Assembly: GCA_973895155.1 (NCBI GenBank)
Contig: OZ316893.1
Span: 26,152,798-26,216,797, forward strand
Reading direction: 5' to 3'
From: Marsupella aquatica
Lineage: Eukaryota > Plantae > Marchantiophyta
Length of the DNA stretch: 64,000 nucleotides
This document shows positions 1 through 10,500 of the stretch, in pieces. The position numbers and the translations under genes were made by a program. The number at the start of each line of letters is the position of its first letter. Position 1 is the first letter of the stretch. Below the pieces are notes generated by a model. It had not been told where the DNA came from. It ran no database searches and saw only the letters and a program-made list of their open reading frames with translations.

Positions 1-168
1 GGCAAAAATTTATGGACTATAAATTGTGTAATCCATAATTTGTTGTGTCCATCACTGCTATAGGGAGTTAAGGTACACGAAAATGTCATTCTGAAACGCC
101 CTAATAAGGATACTGATCGACTGGCATTTAGACTCGCAACGGACGCACGAATTCGAGGTTCCTCGTAG

Positions 169-177
169 AAACCCTAA
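169..177 (+). promoter_or_regulatory. Telo-box (AAACCCTAA) upstream of RPS24; a second, reverse copy lies at 751-759 in intron 2
   Basis: Exact motif match. Telo-boxes are typical of plant ribosomal-protein gene promoters and 5' regions. Confidence 0.65.
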
Positions 178-187
178 CCCCAATCCC

Positions 188-242
188 GTTCTGTTCTGCT
201 CTGTTCTGCTCAGCTCAGCTCAGCTCGGCTCGGCTCGGCTCG
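188..242 (+). repeat. Pentanucleotide microsatellite grading GTTCT > GCTCA > GCTCG in the RPS24 5' region
   Basis: 11 consecutive 5-mers read directly. Confidence 0.85.
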
Positions 243-256
243 GGAATTGAGACGCC

Positions 257-1538
257 ATGGCGGACGCGAAGGCCTGCACCGTGCGCACCCGCAAGTTCAT
301 GACCAACCGCCTTCTCGCGCGAAAGCAATTCGTAAGTTGCCGTTCCACAATGCTCTCCTGGCGTTCAATAGTCCTTGCTTGCTTGCTTCGTTTCGTCTTT
401 GTCTCATGAACCGCCTTCTCGCGTGTAGGCAATTTGTAAGTTGCCGTTCCACGATGCACTCCTGTCGTTTAATAATTCTATCCGCCCTTCGTTCGTACCG
501 GTCGCAATTGTGCACGATCATGCTGCTTGGACTGTGAGGGTAATATGAACTGATTGATGTGAGTCTTCTTCGATGTTTGCGGGTTTTTTGGTGGGGTTCA
601 GGTTATCGATGTGCTGCACCCCGGTCGGCCCAATGTATCCAAGGTAGGTGATCCTCACTCAAGTTGGAATGACGATTTGTTGTAGGTTTGATTTGATTGT
701 GTAACCGGCTGCAAAGCGGGCTTGCAGCCCATCCAGAGGAGTGCAATAAATTAGGGTTTCATCTAGGGTAGCCGCTGTTCTCATACGAGTACGGATAGAA
801 GTCAATTGAAGGGCTTGGAGTTCTCTCAAAGATTGATGTGGCTTTATTGTTGGGATGTTTTTCCTGTGAGTCGAGGGTTAAACGTGATGCCCGGTGAAGG
901 AGGACCTGTATTTGCCGCGTTGTGGTGATGATCTGCTTAAATTACGTTTTTAACAGGCTGAGCTGAAGGAGAAGCTTGCGAAGGTTTATGATGTGCGCGA
1001 CCCTCAGTCAATCTTCGTGTTCGGATTCCGAACCCAGTTTGGAGGAGGTAAATCGACCGGCTTTGGTCTGATCTACGACAGTTTGGACTCTGCGAAGAAG
1101 TATGAGCCGAAGTACAGATTAATCAGGGTCAGTCTCTTCCCTTCGTGATTCGATGCCGTTCTATCGAAGTCTAAAGCTTGGGCCTTCCCTGCTATTGTGT
1201 GGTGTAGCAATGAATTTATTCCATGTTCACGTTTTTTGTTTCAGAACGGGCTTGCTACCAAGGTCGAGAAATCTAGAAAGCAGGTGAAGGAGAGGAAGAA
1301 CAGAGCCAAGAAGTTGAGGGGAACCAAGAAGGTATGTCCGACCCCACATGGCAAATCTTAGATTTGCTCGCGTAATTAGACGTCCTTTGTTTGACTTCAT
1401 GATTGGTACTTGCTCGACTTAACTCTCGTAGTGACAATAGACTGCAATGGAGTCCATTTTATCCCACTGAGTGAAACGGAACTCTTTGTTGTTTTGCAGA
1501 ACAAGGCAGCAGGAGAAGCCGCCAAGAAGAGGAAGTAG
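257..1538 (+). CDS. RPS24: 40S ribosomal protein S24 (eS24); exons 257-331, 602-643, 957-1127, 1245-1331, 1500-1538
   Basis: Spliced translation [137 protein letters not shown]. All introns are GT-AG phase 0 and the eS24 motifs are recognisable. Confidence 0.97.
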
Positions 1539-3106
1539 ATAACAAAGTTAGGAACATAGTCAGGAAAGCAGTGGCGAAATTTAGGTGACAATGGTGAAGT
1601 GATTAAAGCTTAGCCCCACGCCTACTTTTAGAGGAGAGAAATATATTTTCGGGGTTTTGTTTCTGCTACACTTGGGTAAAGTGAGGTGCACACCGAAAGC
1701 AGGTTACTTCATGTTCTGGTTATTGGTTGGATGAAGACTCGAAGGGACACAGACATGTGTGTTTGCCGTCCTTTTGAGATTCACGGCTATATATTGGGAG
1801 ACACATTCGGAGGTCGAGAGAATGGAATCCAAGGGCCGGATCGAATTTGTTAGACAGAGGAAGGGTTTGGTAGGGCAAATTCTGTTGAAAGGTCTTCGGA
1901 TGGGTGGATACATTCTGTGAGTCCTGCTTCTTTTGGACTCGAGTTTCGTAGTCTACCGATGATTTAATGGTGTTTTCTTAATTGTTGTTATTTTTTCTTT
2001 AGAGGAAAGAGTCATATTTTTTGTGGAATAAAGTAGCGGAGTTAATCTCCTTTGTTCAAGACAAAACGAAGCCTTCAAATCCCTTGGAAACGTGTCGGGG
2101 TTGCAACCTTTTAGTCGTGCAAGATCCAACTTTGATGAGAATTGTGCATCAAAACATGGGCATTCAGGATCACTCCTAAACTCAAGTCTAATGTTGAAAA
2201 GCCACAACCTTGTCGTCAGGGTTCCGTTTGAGCACTGCTGTCTGTTACTTTAGTTCCATGTTCTCACGAGAGGTTTTGCAATTCTCTGGTGTCCTTTTGT
2301 ACTTTTACAATGAGAGGCTGAAGCTAGGAAGATAAGAGCTCCTCGGAGAATACAACAGCAAAGATGCGGTCCAATTTCTGATGCTTCCGTCTACTACTCT
2401 CTGAGAATTGCATACATCTCTTCATCAGGTGCAGAAGTCTCGACCTATTGAAGGTTGGCCTTAGAGTATTGAGATAAAATTCACTTGCACCGGGCATTTG
2501 TGAATATCGGGTAATCTTAGGCACTCTCTTTGAACCAAAGAATTATTTCAGCCACAGGAACTGCTCAATGTAGTGGACGTGAAGGTTATATGCAGTATGG
2601 AAATAAATGAATGGATGGCTAAACAATTCTTCATCTACAATAAATATTCAGTCTGCAGAAACTGCTTGACACCATAGGCAAATCTTCCTCCCAACCACCT
2701 TTGCCACTCGTGATTGTCCAGGCATTAGATCACTGAGGAAAGAAATCCAAGAGATATGGCTCAAGGTTGCAATACAGTCCCCAGTATTGAAGCCCCAAGG
2801 AAAGATGGCGCAGTGAATCATCAAGGAACACAAACAAACGTGATGTCCCGCCCGACGGGTTGAGCTGTAGTTTCTCTGCTCAGGGTATTTGATTCCTCTT
2901 CCGTGGGCCACCCTGTTGGTCACCTCTCCGGAATTTCTATTTAGAAAAATCCTTCAAGGCAAAACCAATGAAATCCCTGACTTCTGGCGTCGCTTCCCCG
3001 CACTGAACCTCTGTCCCAGAAAACGTCGAACTAGCCGGATCCACACTGTAGAGAGTAACTGTTTCCAGAAAAAATTAAATGACTCAGCAGATAGTCTCCA
3101 ACTGAG

Positions 3107-4683
3107 TTAGGCTTGCCGAGGTATAGAAATATCCTCCAATTTCAGCCCTGTATGCTTGCATATAGTTTCCAGAATCTTCGTCTTCTCCCGTGTTGCAAAG
3201 GACTCGACAAGCTGCCCATCTTTGTAAAAATGGAACATGGGTACAGCCTGTAACATTAATGAAACCCAGCCAGGTATTAAGTCTCCATTCTTTTAAACGG
3301 TGAAAATTAGGAAGGAGAAAACATCGACTCCATGTCATAAGAGACCTCCTTCAATATCAAATTGTCATGCAGAAAAGAAATCGACTAAGTTTCAGGATTT
3401 TTTTGCCCGAGAACCTCTACTCTCTTCCCTGCTATGCTTCTCTTTTCTTCGCTTCTCCCATCAAGACTTAACCCAACAACAGGCTGTACCGAGCACCATG
3501 GAAGCCCAACTCACCCGTATTTTCAAGCTTTCTGCAACCTCCGACTGCTCCTCGAATTCGTCCATGACCTGAATTCAATCCACCCAGTTCAGTTCAATCC
3601 AGTTCAGATGACCCACCAAACTTTAGATTTCCCTAAGAGTCAATCCGTGGGCACAATCTGTTTCATATTTGGTCGAATTGACTATCGGACTGGTCAACAG
3701 CAACCCATGTTGCATACATTGGCATACATGTGCCGTCTGGATGGCGCTCTATGGTCTTCATTGAAAGATACATCTACGTTTTTGCTATCTTCAGTAGGGA
3801 TGTGCTGCAATTATCACCGAAGAGGTCAGTCAAGAACCTCAAAAGAGCGGAGGCCTCCCGGGTATCTTTGAGTGCAAGATTCGTAAAATGGGTTTCTGCC
3901 ATCACTCTCAAGGTTGGGGCGTTCACTACAACAGAGAAAGAAAACCCTGAAATCCGGTACCCAAAGAATAATGAACATGGTGGTCGTCTCATCTCGTAGA
4001 TAAGACAGATTTTAAGATCCAAATCGAGATGCGTGTTTCAAGGCCAAACTTCAACTGGCGCATCCTGAGAGCAGAAAAGATAAGTGCGGAGGAAGTGTCT
4101 TTGGAGAGGAAGCTAAGCTTACATTATGCTTCAGAAATATGACCTCGACATCAGTGTTCCCAGCACCTTTGCACAGCTTCACAAAGCCCTTCTCAATGTA
4201 CCTGCAACTTCCGCAAGCGGTTTTGAAAAAGTCTACCACAACCAGTGCTCCCTGCTCCTTGGAATACTCCAAAATTTCATCAAACTCACTCCGAGATTTG
4301 AATTCCCGAACACATTCCACCGGACAGACCTCAGTGTCATCATCCTCGTTCTCCTCTTCTTTATCAACAGCAGGTTCTCTCGTTATCTTGATTGCTCTTG
4401 CCGGCTTGCCGGCAGCCCTCCTTGAAAGACCACCCAGGGCCGCCTGCTGGCCAAAGTCGGAAATGGAATTTGCCCCCGCTAAGCTTTCTCTCCCTACTCC
4501 GTGACTGCTGCTGCTGCAACTCAGGGAACACTCACATAGAACAGGGTTGCCCTTGAACGTGACCAAATCTAACCGTGAGCGTAAAAGCGGCTCCCGCAGC
4601 GATCCACGCACTGAAACTTCAACATCTCGAGTTGATTGGGGGTAATTCCTGGGAAAACAAGACGATAGCGCCACGACGGCCAT
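3107..4683 (-). CDS. Chloroplast thioredoxin-like protein with atypical CGSC active site (thioredoxin-like 4 / Lilium type); exons 4683-4123, 3568-3515, 3247-3107
   Basis: Ser/Arg-rich transit-like N-terminus, then CPVECVREF...VVVDFFKTACGSCRYIEKGF...IFLKHN/VMDEFEEQSEVAESLKIR/AVPMFHFYKDGQLVESFATREK. Introns are GT-AG phase 0. Confidence 0.92.
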
Positions 4684-5712
4684 CCGTTTTATACCAATCT
4701 AATAGTAGAGCGCTCTACCAAAGTATTCACCATCAACCGGGTCACATGGACTCCAAAAGGCCACGGTATTATAGCAATTTAGAGGAATTTCCACTGATAG
4801 GAACCCTAGGACGCAAGAGAACCTGCTACCTTGCCTGCCAATTGGTCTTCAGTTTTCGAAATCTCTGTTCACAACCAACTTGCCCGGCCTGTAGACTGAC
4901 CTTCAGAGCTCGAAATGTCCATTCGTTCAAATTGCCAGCCCAACTCCCAATTGGGGTTGTCCAGGAAGTTGATGGACCCCTCTTGTCCGAAGGGGAATCG
5001 AGGACAAATACTAATCCAATCTGTCTGCCTTATCGCCACCCCAGGCAAACTCCTGGGTGATTCAATAAGCTCCAAAGGCCAGGAAGAAGAGCCTCAACCT
5101 GGGAATCACTTCCACTTCAAGCTCTAAAAACCAAGACAATCATGAAAGTAATCGCACCAGTTTGCATTCACCTTCCTTCTCCTATTCCTGTATGGCAGAA
5201 GAGAGATCCACGAAGAAGAAATCCCCAAACCTTGCTTCGCTTTGCTTTCAACAGATTCGAGGAATTCCTTCAGATCTAGAGTAGCTTTCTTCAGGGCCTA
5301 ACGTAGATTGTGCAATCAAGATCTGGAGCTGCTTGCTCGCTGGATCTCAAGGTGGGCCTTGCTTGTCTCCCTAAAATCCTTCTTTCTCCTGAAAAGTAGT
5401 GCACCTCAGGTGATCCATGTGGCCTTTGGTCTGCTTCGTTCATTCTGTCGACAAGTACCCTCCAAGAGATCCTGAAGACACCAGGGAAAGAAGGGAAAGA
5501 AGGGAAGGACATTATTCCCCTGGTAATTCTATGATGGGTGGCTGCCTAAATCTTGGCCAATCTGATTGGCAGGTATGGTAGGGTATAGGTAGGTGGTTTC
5601 AACAGGTGGCTTGTGTACAGGAAATTATTATTATTAATTTATTTTGCCAGATGGCGAATGGAGGTTGTTAACCCCATCATTTTTAAATCACCCACATCGG
5701 GAAGCTTAGTTG

Positions 5713-5890
5713 GAGAGATATGCTTAGTAGACCCCCTTATGGAAAATTTTTGCTTAATCAACCCCCTCCATATTTTCCCCAATCTGGACCATTGATGGAC
5801 CTTTCTATCTCAGATCTGGACTGTTGATAGACCTCAGGGGGTAGATCAAGTAACAAGTTTCAATTTGGGGGTGGATCAAGCAAATACCTC
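5713..5890. mobile_element. Mutator-like MITE, 178 bp
   Basis: Starts GAG and ends CTC with imperfect nested TIRs (TGCTTAGTAGACCCCC / GGGGGTGGATCAAGCA). Perfect 10-bp TSD AGCTTAGTTG at 5703-5712 and 5891-5900. Confidence 0.8.
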
Positions 5891-6517
5891 AGCTTAGTTG
5901 CCTTGCCAAACTTGAACATCATTTTGGAGGTTGGCTTTTTTCTGGGCAGCATGGTTGAGTTGGAAAACTTCTTGTGGACTGACCTTGCTTAGTCACTTTT
6001 TCACTTGACAACTTCACTGAGTTGGAAAGCTTCCACTCGGTTTCGCTGAGTAAAAAATTATATGGAAAAAATTGCTCGACGGCTAACCTTGCTAAGTCAG
6101 GTTTTCAACCCGCCAGTGGGTTTTCTTTCATTCAGTTGCAGAATTCGCTGACTTTTCATGTTGAGAGAAAAACGTTGGCTCTTCATGCCAACTGCCTGAA
6201 TGTTGTAGACCAATGGCAACCTAACAACTTATCAAGTCATCAGATCAGATGTGAAGATATAGTTGCAAAAGTGACCATAGTGGATGCACGAAGAGGATGC
6301 ACTTAGAGCACCTTCACCGTGGGATTATACAGTCAAATGCATTTGATGGACATAGCTGCCATAAACGGAGTCATAGCCTAGAGAGGCATGGTTATGTGGT
6401 TGTTCACATGAGTTGAGACTCAATTTCAAATGTTGTGATTAACTTTTCCCTTTCTGTGAGGTTTCACAAATTTCCCTTAGAAAAGACCTTATCAGGAAAA
6501 ATGGAGTCAATAGAGTT

Positions 6518-6859
6518 TGTTAGAAGTGAACTCCCAAACTAGAGATGGTGCAGGCATGATGGGCCTGTAGCTCAGTGGTAGAGCATTACAACGTGGACGG
6601 GAGATCCTAGGTTTAATTCCTAGCTAGTCTGTGTTATTGAAAGTTCCATCATGGTATCAGAGCCAAAGAGGATTCTCTAGATTATGAATCTCTCTTGAAG
6701 CAAGTGTGGCTCAAGGGAGGGTGTCTGAAACGAACCACACTCAAACCAAAGATGGTGTAGGCATGATGGGCCTCTAGCACAATGGTAGAGCACTAAGATG
6801 GACACCTAGGAGATCTAGGTTCAATACCTAGCCAGTCCATGTTCTTGAAAATTGCAAGA
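6518..6859 (+). mobile_element. TRIM (non-autonomous mini LTR retrotransposon) with a tRNA-like cassette in each LTR, copy 1
   Basis: LTR1 6518-6651, PBS TGGTATCAGAGCCA 6652-6665 (tRNA-iMet), PPT AAGGGAGGG 6713-6721, LTR2 6722-6859. Degenerate TSD GAGTT/GAGGT. tRNA-like segments at 6561-6631 and 6768-6839. Confidence 0.85.
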
Positions 6860-7144
6860 GAGGTTTCCAAAATTGGGCCTACACAGTGTTGAGCATAGAC
6901 GACGATCGCAACGGCAAGCCCATGAACCATCCAACGCACAATAGTCGACACAAGAGATACGTGGTTCACCTCCTTGAGGCTACGTCCACGGGAACACACA
7001 AGAGAGCTTTACTGAACTCTAAGCCCGTCGGCTATACCGAGTCTCCACAGTGTAAGCTCTCCCTATCTCTCAAGTGGCTCCATAACAATGAGCCTTGGTT
7101 CTACCTCTCCAAGCACACATGCCTCTTATGATATAGTGTGCAAC

Positions 7145-7305
7145 ATAGTTGTACCTAACCACATAGTTGTACCTAATCACGTAGTTGTACCTAACCACAT
7201 AGTTGTACCTAATCACGTAGTTATACCTAACCACATAGTTGTACCTAATCACGTAGTTGTACCTAACCACGTAGTTGTACCAACCCACGTTGTTGTACCA
7301 ACCAC
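7145..7305. repeat. 18-bp tandem array in U3 of the copy 1 3' LTR, 9 units of (A/G)TAGTTGTACCTAA(C/T)CAC
   Basis: Units counted directly. Confidence 0.95.
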
Positions 7306-7534
7306 GTCATACCTAACCTAGACGTAAGAGTAAATACCCAACAATCTTCCCCTTGACTCTGGTCTAGGGGAGAGTAATACTGCCAATGTATATGATCCCT
7401 CAGCGGGAAGTTCTGGACAAAAACCAAACCGGTTTCCCTCTCTAACTAGAGCAAACCAGAACTAAGCCGTAGCCTAATACATAGGAATGAGGAAGAGCAT
7501 ATATCAGTAATTACAATGAATGTTTAAGAAAACT

Positions 7535-10500
7535 CTACTTGTGATGCAATTGCAAAACCTGCAATACGTCACGGTGTCTAGAGAAACTCTCCAAAGGAAT
7601 CACTTTGGTAAATGCGTCAGCCGGGTTGAGTTTACCATCAATCTTGACTAGCTCAAACAATTTATCAGACACAGCCTGCCTGATAAAATGGTACCTGACG
7701 TCAATGTGCTTCACTCTGCTGTCCATCACCTGGTTCACAGCAAGGTGGAGCGCACTTTGACTATCACAATGGAGCTTCACATTCCCCTGTGGCAATCCCA
7801 TTTCAGTGATAAGTCTATCCAACCAAATCGCTTCCTTTGCTGCTTCCGCAGCTGCAACATACTCCGCTTCTGTAGTAGACTGAGCAATACACTTCTGCAA
7901 AGTAGACCTCCAACTTATGCATCCACCGCCAAGTGTGAACACGTATCCTGTTGTTGATCTCCTTCGGTCCAAATCTTGTCCATAGTCAGAATCTACATAG
8001 CCAATCAATGATCTAGCATTCTTTGCATTCGCATCAAATAAAAGACCATGATCCACGGTACCCTTCAAGTACCTGATAATCCACTTCACTGCTTCCCAGT
8101 GTACCTTCCCTGGATTCGACATGTACCTGCTCACCTTGCCCATAGCCATGGCAAGATCAGGTCTAGTGCAAGTCATCAAATACATGAGACTCCCCACTGC
8201 CTTGTCATATGGAACCTTTGACATCAACCCCTTCTCTGTGTCATCCGTAGGACAGAACGCTGATGATAACTTGAAGTGTGGAGCCAACGGGGTACTTACT
8301 GGCTTGCTATTCTCCATGTTGAACCTTGCAATTACCTTCCTCGCATAACTGCTCTGCGTCAACCATAGCTTGCCAGCCTCCAAGTCCCTAGTGATCTCCA
8401 TACCCAAAATCCTCTTAGCTGGCCCTAAGTCCTTCATCTTAAACTCTGCACTAAGCAGTGCCTTGAGCTTAACAATCTCAGACCTATCCTTGGCTGCAAT
8501 TAGCATGTCATCCACATAAAGTACTAAAACAATGAACCCAAAGACAACATTCTTCACCGGTTTCAAATACACACAAGGGTCAAATACACTTCTGTGAAAA
8601 CCTTGTGACCGAATCCAATCGTCAAACCGCTTGTTCCACTGTCTTGGTGACTGCTTCAACCCATACAAGGATTTCAGCAATCTGCAAACCAATTCCTCCT
8701 GTCCTCTCTTCACAAAACCTAGCGGTTATCTCATGAAGATCACCTCTTCCAATGTGCCATAGAGGAAAGCTGTGACAACATCCATCTGATCTAGGAGCAG
8801 ACCAAACATTACAACAAGTACACACAATAGTCGTATTGTAGAGTACTTAGCAACTGATGAGAAGACCTCATTGTAATCCACACCTTTCTCTTGTGTGAAT
8901 CCCTTTGCTACCAATCTAGCCTTGTAGACCTTCGATCCACCTCCTATGGAATTATCCTTCAACTTGTAAATCCACTTGCTGTCCACCACTTGCTGATCCT
9001 TAGGCAGCTTAACAAACTCCCAAGTTTTGTTGTCCTTTAGTGACTGCATCTCTGTTTGCATTGCTGCAGTCCACTTCTGCTTCTCCTTTGAAGCACTTGC
9101 CTCATGAAATGAAGAAGGTTCTCCTTCTTCCAAAATTAACGCATCACCCTCATCATCAGCTGTAAAATCATCCTCTTGCAGTTGAGATGAATCAACCCAC
9201 TGTCCATACCTTGATGGAGCGCGTACAGTGCGACCAGATGTTCTTCTAGCCGATGACTCCGGTTGATTTGCGTGTGCTGGTACAATTTGAAGCTCAACAG
9301 CATCCACTTGCTGCTCACCAGCATCAACAAACTCCTCTGGTTCCTCTGGCACAGGAACCAGCTCCATAATTGGAGCAACTCCTTCTCTCCGGTCATGCAC
9401 CTCATAACCAATCTCCCCCTCAACGAGATCCGGGATAGGAGATTTTCCTTTGTCAGTACGGGAGACCTGAGTATTCTCCCCCTCCTTCAATAATCTGGAT
9501 TCATTGAAGGAAACATCCCTACTGACAACGAGCTTACAGGCAATAGGATCCCATAGCCTATAGGCTTTCACACCACTCTGGTACCCAAGAAAAACACATT
9601 TCCTGGAGGTAGGATCCAACTTGGTCCTATTCTGCTTTGGTGTGAGAGCATATGCATCACTTCCAAAAATTACCAAGCCATGATAGTCTGCTTGCCGCTT
9701 ATAGCGCATCTCAAACGGCGTTTTGAAATTGATAGCACTAGAAGGGGAAAGATTTACCAAATAAGCTGCGGTATTGACAGCTTCTGCCCAAAATTCTTGT
9801 GGTAAACCTGATTGGCTCAACATACTCCGTGACCGCTCCAACAGTGTTCGATTGAGCCTCTCAGCGACACCATTCTGCTGCGGAGTATAAACTGTGGTGA
9901 GATGGCGAGTTATCCCCTGTTCTGAACAGTACTCTTCAAATTCCATTGAAGTATACTCCCCGCCGTTGTCTGACCTCAGACTCTTCACCCTTGTATCCAA
10001 ACACTTGATCGTGTTTCCAGTCTGATTCTCCACCTGGGCCTTCCACTTCTTAAAAATGGACAAGACATCAGACTTATGCGTCATGAAATAAATCCACACA
10101 AATCTTGAGTAATCATCAATAAATGATACATAGTACAACTTTCCAGAGTGTGAGGGAGTCGGGGATGGACCCCACACGTCACTATGTATGTACTCAAGAA
10201 CCGCTTTGGAACGATGAGTTCCAACACCAAAAACACGACGATGCTGCTTTCCAAGAATGCAATGCTCACAAAACTCTAATTTACAAGATTGCAAATCAGA
10301 AATGAGTCCATTCTTCCGTAAGATAGCCAAACCCTTCTCACTCATGTGGCCTAGCCGTGAATGCCACAGTTGAGTCATCTCCTCGTGAGACTTGGTTACA
10401 TTGGCCTCTCCACATACAGTATTGCCCTGTAACACATACAAATTCTTTTGTCTACTCCCCTTCAAAATCACTGTCTCTCCCGACCTGACTTGAAGTTCAC

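Noticed and set aside
247-537. Short ORF-track entries overlapping real genes or repeats (this one and most <130-aa ORFs in the window)
   Set aside because: They are alternative-frame or antisense by-products with no recognisable domains.
1396-1475. Box C/D snoRNA in RPS24 intron 4 (ATGATTG...CTGA)
   Set aside because: The C box is non-canonical and I could not identify an rRNA-complementary guide.
5690-5700. snRNA upstream sequence element-like ACCCACATCGG
   Set aside because: It mismatches the RTCCCACATCG consensus and no snRNA sequence follows.
6561-6631. Functional tRNA gene
   Set aside because: The anticodon arm is unpaired and differs among the four copies, the acceptor stem is mismatched, and the unit is embedded in TRIM LTRs.
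7145-7305. 18-bp array as a CRISPR array or as a (VVPNH)n / (YNYVVR)n repeat protein
   Set aside because: There are no unique spacers or cas genes and the context is a eukaryotic LTR. The ORFs arise because an 18-bp unit lacks stops in some frames.
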